A DNA stretch of 64,000 bases from Octopus vulgaris (GCA_951406725.2 OX597817.1:175336001-175400000), one strand, 5' to 3'. Counted from the stretch's first letter, positions 29,662 to 45,420 are shown. A program made the numbers and translations. The notes: generated from the sequence alone by a model not told the origin.

Positions 29662-31878
29662 TATATAGAAAATAGTAAAAAGTGAAAAAACTATAGAATG
29701 CTTGTTTTAAAAGGTTAAAAAATATATTTGAGTCATTATGTCAGAAGAATGTTATAAAATTTTTTTCATACAGTGACATAGTTTTTGAAGAACTTACCGG
29801 TTTCGTGTTAACTTTTCAAATTTCTCAAAACATCGTGTTATGTCTTCGTTATGAAGTGCAAAGAAGAGTTCCAGGTAGGGGAGGTAATAAGCGATTTTTT
29901 TCCTGTATAAGGGAGATAATCGCTTTATATTTCTTTTCCCTTTTATTTAATGGAGTGAATTTCTCTGTATAAGAATGTTACAGTGGTTAAGTTTGGGCTT
30001 ATATTTTTCAATGAAGAATGTTTCCTTGTTTAGTCTAATTTGTGTTGGTGTTCCAATAGCACATTGATAAAATGGAAAGATTAAAAATTGTGGTAGTAGT
30101 TGCTTTGCGCATTTCTCAATATGCTCACTAAAGGGTATCATTCTGTATTCTGGGAATGCAATCTGTTGTCGATGCAGAGTGCATCGACGTCTGAGTGATA
30201 GTCCCGTGGACCCCACGTAGTTTTGGTGGCAGCCCGAGCATCTTATAACATAAATTATGTTTTCAGAGGCACAAGTAAAATTAGATTTGATCTTGAATTT
30301 TTGTCCCTCTTTGAAGAGGAATTCTGATCCTTCTAGAAGGTTTGGGCATGTTGCGCAGTTTGGTCTACCACATGTTTTTACTTTTGCATCCGTAATTTCA
30401 GAAAACAATTTTGCCCTTGTGAGAATCTTTTTAAGTGATTTAGGTTGTTTGTAGCTTTTAATGATTTTATGTATGTTTAGAATTTCCTTTAATTTGGGGT
30501 CCTTATGAAGTATTGGTAAATTCTGGGTGATGATGGTGAAGGCTTCTTTGTTTCTGGGGTTGTATGTGGATATGTAAGGCAGTATTTTCGGGGAAGGTGT
30601 GTTGTTGTGTTGAACTTTTCTCAAAGTTTCTATGTCGATTTCTGTTGCACGTCTGATCCCATCCTTTATGAGTTGAGCTGGGTAGTGTCTGTCAACTAGG
30701 ATGTTTTTGAGTTATTGTAGTCTAAGGTTCCTGGTATTTTGTTCTGACACTATTTTGCATATCCTTCTTGCAAGGTTGAAAGGGATGTTTGTTTTAGTGT
30801 GTCTTGGGTGGCATGAATCAAAAAGTAGATATTGTTTAGCGTCTGTGGCTTTATAAAAAAATTCTGTTTCTATTTTAAGGTTAATATTTTTAATTAGTAT
30901 ATCTAAGAATGGAAGCTCCTTTTGGCTGTATTCCATTGTGAACTGTATATTTGGGTTGATGCTGTTCAATAGGTTTTTGAATTTTAGGAGTTTATCTGTG
31001 TTTTCATTCCAGAGTATAAAACAATCGTCCAGGAATTGTTTCCAATTCTCTTTTATGTATTGAGAGGGTGGTTTCCAAAGGTTGATAAAGATTCCTGGTA
31101 AATAATTATTTCCAGGTAGCCCATTGTTAGGTTCGCAATGACTGGTGCTGCCCTTGTAACCATAGCAATTCCGGATTTTTGACGGTAAAATGTATTGTCA
31201 AACATGAAGTGGTTATTATGTAGGATGAATTCAACCGATTTAGTAATGAATTCTTTACTGATCCTTTTTGGTATTTCTTCCGGAAATTGGTCCAGCCAGA
31301 ACTGTATTGCCTCTAGTCCATAATTATAAAGTATACCGGTATATAAATTAACTACATCAAATGAAACCATGATTGTTTCTTCCTTGACTTTTTTGGAAGG
31401 CGGTTTAACATATCCAAGTCATCTCTGATATGACTATCGATATGTTTAAGGAAGGGTTTCAGGAGGATGTCCATAAATAGACTTAATCTGTGTGTTTCAC
31501 AGGTTGAGCCAGCTACAATGGGTCGTAGTTTTAGGTCCCCCGGGTTAGGTGTGTGTATGTATGTCTTTGGTGATTTTTTAATGGTTTCATTTATAATCTG
31601 GCTTTTATGTATTTTTGGCAGACCATAGAAGAGGCTAGGCTTGCATTTAAAGTTTATTAGAAAGTCAATCTCTTTGGTTGTTAGTTCCTTTTCATAACGA
31701 AGACATAACACGATGTTTTGAGAAATTTGAAAAGTTAACACGAAACCGGTAATTTCTTCAAAAACAATGTCACTGTATGAAAAAAAAATTATAACATTCT
31801 TCTGACATAATGACTCAAATATATTTTTTAACCTTTTAAAACAAGCCTTCTGTAGTTTTTTCACTTTTTACTATTTTC

Positions 31879-31882
<4 letters not shown>
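29662..31882 (-). mobile_element. 5'-truncated Penelope-like element (Neptune-type RT + Cys linker + GIY-YIG) bounded by inverted pseudo-LTR
   Basis: FYGLPKIHK, LRPIV, SFDVVNLYT, LPFLDILI, SCHP; CGRPNCATC linker; IIYVIRCSGC..YVGST; 29662-29855 is the inverse of 31691-31882; frameshifted. Confidence 0.92.
31721..31757 (+). ncRNA. Minimal type I hammerhead ribozyme, U3:A8 core variant, in the PLE pseudo-LTR
   Basis: AGAAAT-TTGAAAA-G(TTAACA)C-GAAA-CCGG-TA-ATTTCT; second copy on - strand at 29789-29825. Confidence 0.65.
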
Positions 31883-31976
<94 letters not shown>

Positions 31977-31982
31977 CATATA

Positions 31983-32118
<136 letters not shown>

Positions 32119-33013
32119 TAATATAAACGACAGTGTGCAATGTTTCATCAAAGAGGAGAATTACAATTATCCCTAAATGTGGCTACGGTGTAAGGAATCA
32201 CCTACATTGCTAGAAATAAGAGCTAAACTGGTCTAATACTGTAGTTAACGCACATGAATGAAAACATATAAACTAACAGGGATATTAAATACGATGGGTT
32301 TCTTTCAGTTTCCGTCTGCCAAATCCATTCACAAGGCTTTGGTTGACCCGCGGCTATAATAGAAGACACTTACCCAAGGTGCCACGCAGGGGACTGAACA
32401 CGGAACAGTGTTGTTGGGAAACAAGCTTCTTACCCCACGCATCCAAGTGCATCCAAGTGCATTTGGAACACCCAATGCAGAGGTTGCAACCTATCACAAA
32501 AGTGAAAGAGGGTACGTAGGAACAAATGATATAATCTTGTGTCTAGCTTAATTTCCCATACATTTGTTTTATATAAATAACTGGTGACACTTACTAAGAA
32601 TAGTGGGAGCTGAACCCATTTGCTGGGAGCAGACTGGATAATGACAATCTACGTGGAACTCTTAACTCAACAGTAGCAGTCATACATCTAACTGTACACA
32701 CACACACATATTATATGTATGCATATGTGTGTGTGTGTTTGTATGTGTGTGTACGTGTGTCTGTATATATGTGTGTGTACGTGTGTACGTGTGCATATTC
32801 AAACTAATCTATAACATATGGCGCATTTTTCCAGTCATTCCAGTTTCTGTGTAAACTATTATTTTTTCTATATACCAATTTGTCAACAGTAGTGTCATTG
32901 GTTGCAGATTTCCAGCAATTCAGTTTCTCTGCATTTCTGATATTCTGATAGTGAGAGCGACAGACGAGTGTCTGTAAAGTAACATGTCCCAAGAGACTTT
33001 GTTCTGAAATTAC

Positions 33014-33071
<58 letters not shown>

Positions 33072-33209
33072 TTTTGGTGCTTCTTCGTTCTTATGCCTCG
33101 TTTCAGATTGAAACAAAATCAATGAAAAAAAACGAAAAGAAAAAGGAAACGAAACATGAACATATCAACATATTTCATCTCTGTCTCTCTTTCTTTCTCT
33201 CTCTCTCAT

Positions 33210-34008
<799 letters not shown>

Positions 34009-34228
34009 AAGGCGGCGAACTGGTAGAATCGTTAACACGCCGGGTAAAATGCTTAGTGGCATTCTGTCCGTCTCCACGTTCTGAGTTCAAATGTCGCCGA
34101 GGTCGACTTGCCCTTTCATCCTTTCGGAATCGATATAGTGAATACCAGTTTAGCACTGGGGTCGATGTAATCGACTTATCCTATCCCCCAAATTTCAGGT
34201 CTTGTGCCTTTAGCAGAAAGGATTATTA

Positions 34229-34280
<52 letters not shown>

Positions 34281-35119
34281 GAAGGCGGCGAGCTAGCAGA
34301 ATCGTTAGCACACCGGGCAAAATGCTTAGCAGCATTTCTGCTGGATTTGCGTTCTGAGTTCAAATTCTGCCGAAGTGGACTTTGCCTTTTATCCTTTCTG
34401 GGTCGATAAAATATGTAGCAGTGGAACACTTGATTCAATGTAATCGTTTTATCCCGTCCCCTAAAATCTCTGGTCTTGTGCCAAAACTTGAAACTGTTAT
34501 TATTGTTTTTGTTGTTGCTGTTATTGCTATTATTTTTATTATTATCATCGTAAAATACAAAAATGCATATGAAAAAATATCCATGTTAAAGTGTTTAAAA
34601 GTATTTCGTATACACAAGTGTATAGACGTAGTTGCGAAATTATATAACATAAAAGAGTAATACAAAGAAAATAGCAAAGTTTTTTTGATGCTTTTTGTTT
34701 TAAACACAAAGAAAATATAAAGCATTTGCGAAATAATATTTCCTAATGGATAACTACCATATTTATTACGTTATATAATTTCAGTTAGAAATGTGTATGA
34801 CAAATCTAAGCAATTATATGCTATATCGTTTATATTTTGCCGTATAAAAAGAGCCAGGAAAATTACTTACAGAGTAATAAGAAAAGACAAAATCCACCAT
34901 GTGTGCATGTATGCATGTATGTTTGCTTTCCTTTTTATTTATTTGTTAGAATTCCTCATAGAAAGGGGGAGCTGGTTTCTGTCAAAGAAACAAAAACTCC
35001 ATCACTGGAGTTTGGTTAACAACAATAATTCTTACAAATTGAACTTTAGAAAAGTCTTGCATATTTTTATTGTTCAACTTACAATTTGTATTTGTTAAGT
35101 ATGTGTCAGACGATTTCCT

Positions 35120-35520
35120 TCTTTGCCCAAATTCCTAGCTTTCCAGGGAGCCATTCAGGAATTTATTTACATAATCTGATGCATCAATGACTATACGTGT
35201 AAATGTGGATAGAGGAACTGCCGGTTTCAATGCAGTTGGCTAGAAATAATCCCCTTCTCACTGACATTGGGAGAGGTGTTCACATCTGCAGGGCAGCTAA
35301 CCTCATCTGTACATGATTCTTCTTTTCCGTCCCCAATGCATATGTCAGGTTTATTATGTTTGCTCTAGGGTAGAAATTTTGATGGGAAATTCCACCAATA
35401 TTCCTTGTGGTGTTATATTTATTCCAGGGATGGCATTTCACAATGTTTGGGCAATGACATCTTATCGCAGTAGTAATCATAGCTCAATGATATTTGTGGG
35501 CAACTAGCGATTAATTGTGT
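35120..35520 (-). mobile_element. Degenerate CR1-like LINE 3' remnant
   Basis: Weak similarity to the remnants at 190-860 and 3400-3975. Confidence 0.35.
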
Positions 35521-36419
35521 TAGGTCCCCTATAGAAAAATGACAAAATCGATATGTTTGAGGGGCACCGTGTGATTTTTAAGGTCTTCGCTATTCCTTTT
35601 GTTCATTACATATTTCGTAGCTACTCTCTGTACTTAGAATGCAATAGTGTACCATGATAATCTTACGTGAGTATATATGTACGTTTATGTACGCCCCACC
35701 GCCTCAGGTTACAGCAGAGGGCAAGGTATTGCACAGTAAGATCGAATCGATATCTGAGATAGTTAAAAACCGAAATTCTAGTTGTTGGGCGGCCTTATGA
35801 TAATAACTAGTTTTAACAAATATTTTGCCAAATGTATTTTGTTTCTTTGTCCTTTCAGATACTTAGATTGTTGAGAACAAATTCTATCAGTTCCTCTGTA
35901 GTTTATCAGCCAATAATAATAGAGTTTACAGCTCAATGACGGCACATGTAACTGGTTAACATGATACTTGCCAGAATTTATTCTGTCAGTGATGTATAAC
36001 TGTTAACATTTATACATCGTCACAAACCAATCTTTAGAGATCTGGTTTATCCCTAACATAACAAACAAGTTAGTCATTGACTGAGTGAGTGGGTGTATAC
36101 CGGAAGTAGGTCTTTGGCTTCACCAGTGAGGTTGAGAAGGGAAATGAGGATGAAGACGAATAAAAAAGCAGAGGAAGGGGAGGAAATGGAAGATGAGATG
36201 AAGGGAAAAGAAAAAGGAAGAGAAAGAAGGTGGATGTCAAGGATGAGGGGGAGGACGAGACAAAAAAGTAGAGGGTGTAGAATTAGGACTCGTAGGTATA
36301 TAACTGGTCTATTCCACGCCCTTATCTTTACCTAGTATTCTAATTATAATTTTAAAATGAGCTAAGGGAAATAACTGCAGCTGGTGAATGGCAGGAAATT
36401 ATGAAGTTCAGATAGGTGC

Positions 36420-36477
36420 TGATGCACTGACTGATGCACTGATTGATGCACTGATTGATGCACTGACTGATGCACTC
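36420..36477 (+). repeat. 12-bp minisatellite (TGATGCACTGAY), about five copies
   Basis: Directly visible tandem units. Confidence 0.9.
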
Positions 36478-39400
36478 CGAAAATTCTTCATAAGCTCAAG
36501 TTTACTTCCTAGGTAGAAAACGAAAAACAAGTTACGGCACTTGTTAGCGACATTCCATGGAAAAGTAAATATGCTTTCAAGAATTTAAGAATTAGTTTAC
36601 TCAGAAAATCATTATGCTAGTGTTCAAGATTGTTCCTGTCAACATCCACTTAACTAATTTGCTATTTCGGTCTCTGTAACCGTCCAATAACCGAGACTCT
36701 GCCTATGAACCTTATCTTGGTTGACGGTACAGATAAGGAATTTGTGGTCTGTTTCATCGATCACATTTAGCTATGAACAAACTACGCTATGTCTACCAGC
36801 CTATTGAATACTTTATTTAGATACTATCTTTATGACCAAATTCACTTTGTCCGTGACCGCATCGGCCCATTTAGGAGATCTAGTCGGCACTTGTTAGACA
36901 GTTGCAAACTCCTAAGCAGGTTTTGGAGGCTTTTGCACACTTCTCTCTTATCAGTTCGCCCACACAGTTCCAACGTCCACCCTGGATGTCATTCCAGTTT
37001 CCTACAAGTACTAAAAAACGAAACGCTTCAAGGAGTGCTACTAGTTACCTGAAGAAATCTGGACGCTTCAACCCTGTTGAAGCCTAAACAGTTACTCGTC
37101 TAATAATATGGCCTTCGCTGCTATCAAGTACAGCACCACTGACTTACCTATTGAGTTCAGAAAGATTGTTCGTATTTCGAGATCTAGATCTTTGCGAAAC
37201 AACACAGCTCACAGTTGCAGCCGATTTATAGATTTTCACACTGCGTAGCCTTTGAAGATGAGTGCGAAAGTTCGTACCTCAAGAATTCTGGTCTCACTGA
37301 TGGTCACCACATCTATATCTAATAATCCGAGAACACTGAGCTGGTTGCTTGCAAGACAACCTCAAGCCCGTGCATTGAGATTGCCTATCCCGAGTAAGGC
37401 CTAGGGAGTTGGTTAGAAGAATTAAAATGAAAAAAACCCCATTTACCTTGTTCTTGTGGAAGAACAGACGATCTAACGTTCCAATTAAAAATGAATGTCT
37501 TCACCAGAAAGTTTTTTTCTTATATATTCTTTTGTTAATTTTCCAGGAAGTCTTCCATTCCATCGCCATATTTTGCTTTCAATCTGTTCTATGTTTCATG
37601 TGTTGCCTTTAAGATAGAGATGCGTTAATGTGTTGTTTGTTGGTATGATGTGGGGATCGTGTGCAATGTTTATGTACTTATGTATGTGGCGCTTTAATTC
37701 TTTGTTATATGTGTCTATGACCCTGTAGTGGATGATGCTACTGTGTTTGCTTCGTAAATGCTGTTATTGATGTTAGTCTGGATGTAGACTCAGTTGTGTT
37801 TGTGTTTATTGTGTTTTTTGCAATGTTGGTCATATTTATGGTGGTGGTCTTGTTAGTATTTGGTATTGCGTTGTCGAGTTTTAGCCTCCCTTCAAATCTC
37901 CCAGGTTTTTGTGAGGATAAATTAGTTTTCTCATTTTTATTCGTTCTTTCTCCCTTCTTATGTGGCAGTTCTCTATTGTTTCTCTTTGTCTTATTCATTG
38001 TACAACATATCTGAGTTATCTGAAGTAGAGAAAGGCGTATGTGCTGTTGAGTTGTGGCTAGAGTATTCTGTTGCTCTTGTTGGCGACATCTTTTCTGTTG
38101 TTCTTGTTGTTTGCTGCTGTTGGGGGTTGTCATTACACCTTCTGCGGCCGCTGTTTGTTTTACTAAAGTTGGTGCGTCTTTATAGCTGTTGTTGCAGTTA
38201 TTGCTGTTGTGATTAGATGGTTTTGTTAATGCTGCTGCTGTCGTTATTGATATTGCTGTTACGATAGTAATTGAGTCGGCAGTAGTGAATGGGTCTTCCT
38301 TTTTTCCTCCTTTGCTATGGATACAAAGTCCTTAGATGGATTGTGTTAACGCGTAAGTGAAGCCTTGGATTTCTCTTCTCATCAGCCATGAACAAATGTA
38401 AGCTACCTCCTGGCAGATTGATCAAAATATTCAATGATTTTCATATCTTATTGATCTGTTTCGTTCCACCCCTGTGCCAAACATTTTTTTCCTATGCAGT
38501 CTATGGACTTGTAATATGTTTGTTCTTTTCTATATCGAGCAAAACGGCCGCTACAAGCTAGCAGATATCTATTTCTAGTAGAACAGCGATCACCTTTAAT
38601 TTTACCCACCCCACTAGAGATAGATTGGTATGAGAATCAGTTTGTTACCCTTTAGGTATGTTACAAAATGCTTTTTCTTCTCCTTCTCGGTTGGAAATCT
38701 TGGCTTAACCGTGCCGAACCTTCTCCCTCGAACGACGTAAGTTTTGAGTGTTCCCGCTTGACTTAGCACACACCTCAATCTAGATTCATGTCATTTGTTC
38801 TACTTTTCTGGACTTTAGACCTATACTTCTATATGTAATATTTTTTTCTGTGTGTTCTGAGTCTGTTGCAGAATGCTTAAGATTCTCTACTTCCAATCTT
38901 GGTTAGGAAATTTTTTGTATTTTGCAAATCCTACTAAAATAGAAAAATTGAGGATTGCATTTGGCACCCGCTAGCGAAACTTTTCAGTTGGTTTTACCAG
39001 TCACGGTATTAGCGTTAATGTTGGTGGCCGTGGTGGTCATGGTGGCGATTTTGGTAGTGGTAGTATTGGTTGATGTGTTTTACTTGTTTCAGTCATTTGA
39101 CTGTGGCCATGCTGGAGCACCGCCTTTAGTCGAGCAAATCGACCCCAGGATTTATTCTTTGTAAGCTTAGTCGGTTTCTTTTGCCGAACCGCTAAGTTAC
39201 GGAGATGTAAACACACCAACATCGGTTGTCGAGCGATGGTGGAACACACACAGACACACAAGTACATACATGCAATTATATATGTATGTATATATATACG
39301 ACGGGCTTCTTTCAGTTTCCGTCTACCAAATCTACTCACAAGGCTTTGGTCGGCTCGAGGCTATAGTAGAAAATACTTGTGCAAGGTGCCATGCAGTGGG

Positions 39401-39559
39401 ACTGAACTCGGAAGCATGTGGTTGGGAAGGAATACTCTTAGCCCACAGCCACTCCTGCACCTATACCACTGTAATAATGTCAGACACTACTGAAGTCGAG
39501 GTGGTCACCACTACTCAAAAAGAGAAAGAAAACATGCAGTTTCAGGAGCTACGATTAAT

Positions 39560-40050
39560 CCAGTAAAGTCGGTGAGCTTGGAGCCCGGCGCTTACAGAGG
39601 CAAATTCACATCGGTAAGTAGCGTGGACAATGGACTGACGGTGCTCGCGATTTGATGTAATTCAGACCTCCAGACAGTCAGAAACTGGAACAAGGTTATG
39701 AGCTGCGTGATTAGCCTCAGTCAGAAGTAAGCCGAGAGGAAGCTATATCTGAAAGGTCGGGTAGAGATAGAGAACAATTATATTGTCTCCATCATAGTTT
39801 ACCGCCTGCGTTTCTTCAGTTTTCGCCTGACCAATTTAGAGCATCTGCTCTCCTGCTTCTTGTGAAAATGATGTGTTCGACTGACCAGGTGGTCCATCAG
39901 CTACCAGTGCATTATGCCACTGGGTCGACATATTGTAATTGTTGTTGCCCAGACATGTGCTGAGGTTGCAATATCTGCAGAATTAATTTTTGGTCAGCAG
40001 ATGTGATCTCCTTTTGAAAGGCCCGTCTTCTCTCACAGCGAGTCTCGATT
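39560..40050 (+). mobile_element. L1/Tx1-like RT C-terminal remnant
   Basis: KLYLKGRVEIENNYIVSIIVYRL resembles the L1-clade LSL.GR..V.N....S...Y motif. Confidence 0.4.
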
Positions 40051-40551
40051 TGTGAAATTGTCCTCATAAAACTGAAATTTCCGTTTCTTTCAAGAGCAGC
40101 TAATCTAATTGTTCAAGAATGGAAGTAAACAGTCTGTTTAGATAACATCTTAATAGATCAGTTGACATTTTTTAAGAAAAATGCAGTGTCTTGTCGACAT
40201 GACATCGTGGCAATGGCGACTTTCTCAAAACAACGTCTGTTCTATTTCAGCAGATATAATGAAATGAACGACATTTAATCGACGAATAAAACTGTAACTC
40301 CGATGAAAATTGTAAACAAGAACACCAACTATGATAGTACCAACAGCAACACGCGTGAATGTGTGCACGCGTGCATACACACACACACGCACACACGCGT
40401 ACACACACACACGCACTCACACACACACACTCACACACACACGCACACACACACACGCGCACACACATACGCATATGTATAAAGAAAGCAATAAGTATAA
40501 CGAGAAGACAACACGGGAGGGACAAGTTTAAGTAAATGTGTGTATATAAAG

Positions 40552-40588
<37 letters not shown>

Positions 40589-40699
40589 GCGCGCACACAC
40601 GCACATACACACACATGTATGTATTTAGGATGTGTCAAGTACTTAAGAAAAGAATTAAACAGATATTATATAGATAAACAATGTATTCACAGGAAATAG

Positions 40700-41050
40700 T
40701 ACACATGTTCAACTAGATTTATTAAAGAACCGGGTTACTCGATAAAAACCACCCTTGGCCTTGATGTCGGTTACGGTGCTGCCACAGAAGCGACTGCATG
40801 CTAGGAACAGGTGGTTCTCATTCATGTTACGCATCACTTCCCCAACGGCAGATCTCAGCCATTCTTTCATATTGGGGGGCTGGGACATCAGTTGGTCTCC
40901 CCAGGCGTTGAAATCTACAGGGTTCATATCAGGAGAGCTAGGAGGTCACATACCGGAGATAACATGACCGAGAATTCTCAGCCAGCCATTCTTGGATAGT
41001 GAAGGCCATATCGGAGTGAACAAAATTTTGCTGAAAACCATATTAGAGTG
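40700..41050 (-). mobile_element. Tc1/mariner (maT/DD37D-like) transposase C-terminal remnant
   Basis: PSSPDMNPVDFNAWG motif, upstream QEWLAEN, downstream IKAKGG. Confidence 0.6.
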
Positions 41051-44000
41051 TAGTAGCTTTTTTTTTTTTTTAAGGTGATCTAGTAACCTCTTCCATTGAA
41101 GTTTTCCTGGCGTGCGGTTGAATCTTTAATGAAGTCTACCATATTTGGAATAGAGGAGGAAGGATTGATAGATGATTCGATCGAACTGTAGGAACAAGTA
41201 GGAAAAAATAACGAGTAAATCGAGCCGGAAACGAGCTTCGATTATGTGGGACGACCGTTAATACGAATCAATTTAAGAGTCTATAAACAGTTGTATCTTA
41301 GTAGGACGAAGTGGAGGCTTTCTTAATCGTTCTGACGCCTGAATTGTTCACAGACACATTTGGAATCTGACATGGCGAATTACATTGATGCGGAATACAT
41401 GAAAACAGAAGGTGGTCAGCGTTGAGATATGCTTTCCTCAAATTCTTGTAGGTGGGTTGCTTTTGTTTTTATCCTTTATATATATACACTTATTTATTTG
41501 TGTAAATTTCAAAAAATAATTATTATATCCCGATATATTGATTGTAGAACCCTACACGCGTCTTTAAATAACAACGAATATACAAATCCATATAAATTTA
41601 TAACCTTTTTGTAGCACGTTGATGTATATACGAACAAGCACTGATGGGGAAATAAATGAAATTGCTCGTAAATTTTCGTTTGTTTGACTTTCTTATAATA
41701 ATCCGACGGTAAACATTTTTGAATTGCTTTGTCGTTAAACTAACCATAATTCTGGCAAACTCGTCAGTTTCGTTTCATTTTGGCGGAATTTGTTACCTTT
41801 TTCTTGGATTTAAACATTTAAAAAAAGAACATGGCATAGCAAATGGGTGGCTTTTGGAAGATTCCCGGCGGAAAGGATTTCGCCACAGCCATCTCTCACT
41901 ATTCTCGCTCGGAACTCAACATGTAGCCGTAACGGCGATAGCAACAACAACAACATGCTACACAAAGAAAACAACCTGACAAAGACCACTTCAGCACGTG
42001 GAAATAAAGGCAACAACATAACCAGTATTAGCTATAGCAGTAGTAGCGACAACAACAACAATAACAACGGCAACGCAAGCAAAAGAACAGACGACCGCAG
42101 TGATAGCACCCCTATTGCCACACACCCTGTACCATTACCAGTTTAATAAATGACGGAAACGGCAACAACAACAATGTCGACGATTGCCGTTACGTTCTGA
42201 GTTCAAATTCCGACTTTACCTTTCATCCTTTCAGGGTCGATTAAATAAATACCAGTTACGCACTGGGGTCGATATAATCGACTTAATCCCTTTGTCTGTC
42301 CTTGTTTGTCCCTTGTGTGTTTAGCCCCTTGTGGGCAGTAAAGAAATATATATTGAAAGTAAGGAAAAAGAACTGTAACAGCAACGAAAACAACAGCACC
42401 TACAATAGTAGGACGAAAATAAGAAAATTAGTAGGAGTGGCTGAGTGGTAAGTAGCTTGCCTACCAACCACATGGTTCCGGGTTAAGTCCCACTGCGTGG
42501 CACCTTGGGCAAGTGTCTTCTACTATAGCCTCGGGCCGACCAAAGCCTTGTGAGTGGATTTGCAGTTCGGCAAAAGAGTGCGATAGAATAAATACTAGGC
42601 GTACAAAGAATAAGTCCTGGAGTCGATTTGTTCGACTAAAGGCGGTGCTCCAGCATGGCCGCAGTCAAATGACTGAAACAAGTAAAAGAGTATAAGAATA
42701 CGCCGATATGGCCTTTCTGTGTCCGCGTTTACAAGTGATCTGTTTCAACGGTTCCGCCTTCCGCAGTTGTGACTCGGGAACCAGCAAACACAGAGGTCAG
42801 CGGAGACAACCGCAACAGACTGAGTGCGCTACGAAACGGTCGCAAGAGGTGGACGTTTATTCTGATGACTGAGCAGATGTTGTTGTATATTGTTACGTCC
42901 AGCCTCTGGAAACGTATGAATCCGTTAAAGACAGCCCTAAGTTCTATTGATTAGGGCAAGTTCCTTGAAATATCCTTCCGATAGTCTTTTTCCTAACATT
43001 TTTCGAACAATTCTAACAATGAACGAGGATTAATGTATTGTTCAGAAGTCATTTGCTGACGTCGTCACTATTTTGAGTTGTTGAGGAATGAATTCCTCAA
43101 ACATCCTCCTAAATTATCTTTTAGATGTTTTGTTGTGTATTCTCTCATCTTACTTCTGTTTACATTTATAAAGTTGAAGTTGATAGAATTTGTTTTTAGA
43201 TACTTGACTGTTTTTTATCGTTTCTCATGGTATTTTGGTGTGTTTACAGCCAACTTTTAACACAGCAGTTGTGCCAGGGGTTGACTAATATGCGAGCTTT
43301 CTAGAGTTCCGTCTACTTTTCTCACTTTTTTTTTTGTTTTGTAGCGGGACAAGTCATTTGCGTCTTTTCTTTTAGCTGTTTTGATGACAACTTTTGCTAA
43401 ACTTCGGTTTGCTCCGCCATGTTATATGACATATAATTCAAGGATGAAGATAAATGTCTTATTGATACATGGGTGTGCACTTGTGCTGATATTGAGATGG
43501 GAGGAGTCTTTTCTACTCTATTCTTTTCTACTCAAGGCACAAGGCCCGAAATTTTGGAGGCGGGGGCCAGTCGATTAGATCGACCACAGTACGCAACTGG
43601 CACTTCGTTTATCGACCCCGAAAGGATGAAAGGCAAAGTCGACCTCGGCAGAATTTGAACTCAGAACGTTAAGACAGACGAAATACAGCTAAGCATTTCT
43701 TTTCTGTTCTAGGCACAAGGCCAGAAATTTTGGGGGAAGAGGCTAGTCGATTAGGTCGACCACAGAACGCAACTGGTACTTAATTTATCGACCCCGAAAG
43801 GATGAAAGGCAAAGTCGACCTCGGCGGAATTTGAACCCAGAACATAAAGACAGACGAAATACTGCTAAGCATTTCGCCCGGCGTGTTAACGTTTTTGCCA
43901 GTTCGTTATTGCTACAGTTCTTGCTATTGTTCTTTCCGTTGGTATTGCTGTGCTCGTGGTACTAGAGCAAACTTTTCAGTCTCTTTGCCTGAGAAATTTG

Positions 44001-44527
44001 CCTTTCATCCTTTCAGAGCCGATAAAATGAGTACCAGTTGAAGACTGGGGTCGATTTAATCGACTAGCCCCCTTCCCCGAGCTTGTTGGCCTTGTACCAA
44101 CATTTGAAATCAATATTTCTAACAACTCTAAGGCAGTGAGCTGGTAGAATCGTTACCACGTCGGGCAAAACGCTTAGAGCATTGGGGGTCGATGTGAGTG
44201 ACTTACCTCCTTCTCGAAATTGCTGGCTTCGTGCCAAAATTTGAAACCATTATTATTACTGTTGTGTCCTGAGCGGAGAGCTTGCAGAATAGTTAGAGCA
44301 TCTGACAAAATGCCTTGCCGTATTTCTTCCTGCATCATACAATCTGAGTTTAATTCCAACCGAAAGTTGTGCACTGGGACGATGATATAGATTAATAACT
44401 TCACCTCAAGACTCCTGGTCTTGGGTTAAATGAGAAACAACTATTACCGCTGTTTTTAAAAAGCATAATATGTACTGTATGTATATATTTTCATCCACGC
44501 TTTATTAACTATAGCAAAATTAAAGGC

Positions 44528-44847
44528 GGGAGGCGCAATGGCCCAGTGGTTAGGAGAGCGGACTCGCGGTCGGAGGATCGCGGTTTCGATTCCCAGACCG
44601 GGCGTTGTGTGTGTTTATCGAGCGAAAACACGTAAAGCTCCACGAGGCTCCGGCAGGGGGTGGTGATGACCCCTTTTGTACTCTTTCGCCCCAACTTTCT
44701 CTCACTCTCTCTTCCTGTTTCATGAGCAACGCTGCGATGGACGTGCATCCCGTCCAGCTGGGGGGAACACATACGCCACAGAAACCGGGAAAGCAGGCCC
44801 ATGAGCCTGGCTAGGCTTAAAAAGGGCGCATAAATAAAATAAAAAAC
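44528..44847 (+). mobile_element. tRNA-derived SINE family C copy with 10-bp TSD
   Basis: TGGCCCAGTGGTTAGG A-box, GTTTCGATTCCC B-box, A-rich tail; AATTAAAGGC at 44518-44527 and 44848-44857. Confidence 0.88.
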
Positions 44848-45336
44848 AATTAAAGGCACTAGTAGATTTAGATCCTTCTTATCGAATAACTTATTCTTAC
44901 TGCCATTGCCTCGCTCTTAGGTCGGTATCTCTCGAAGATAACCGCGAATGTGCTTGAAGCCATTCTGATTTTAAAAATAAAAACATGCATTTCAACTTAG
45001 GAAAAAATTGCTAAACATTTGACACTCGGTGTAAGGCGTTGTTATATAAAGCATAAATAAAATCATGTTTAGAAGCAGTTAGTGACTTTTTCCTCAAAAT
45101 GATCGATATTAAGTAAACAAACATGCACCCAAATGGGCGGAAACCGGGAATTTTGACAATAAATATATAAGTAAATAAAATAAAATAAAAATATATTATG
45201 ACGTTTATGTCAGCATGAGTTTTCCGCAGGGTTCTTGAAGCATGATCAGTAAGCAAGTGTCACCTTAGTCTGCTGGCTGTGGACAGCTGACAATTTCCAT
45301 CATACCCGGCAAAATAAAACTGAGAATTTTCCTGAC

Positions 45337-45419
<83 letters not shown>

Positions 45420-45420
45420 T

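Noticed and set aside
36420-36477. CRISPR-like array
   Set aside because: Contiguous 12-bp units without unique spacers; eukaryotic context, no cas genes.
41352-41452. Possible small host exon (…TTCACAG|…ATGGCGAATTACATTGATGCGGAATACATGAAAACAGAAG…)
   Set aside because: Reading frame stops after 17 codons, donors are ambiguous and no partner exons were found; needs RNA-seq.
44528-44605. tRNA-like heads here and at 6773, 24480 and 56887
   Set aside because: Continuous with SINE bodies, tails and in two cases TSDs; not tRNA genes.
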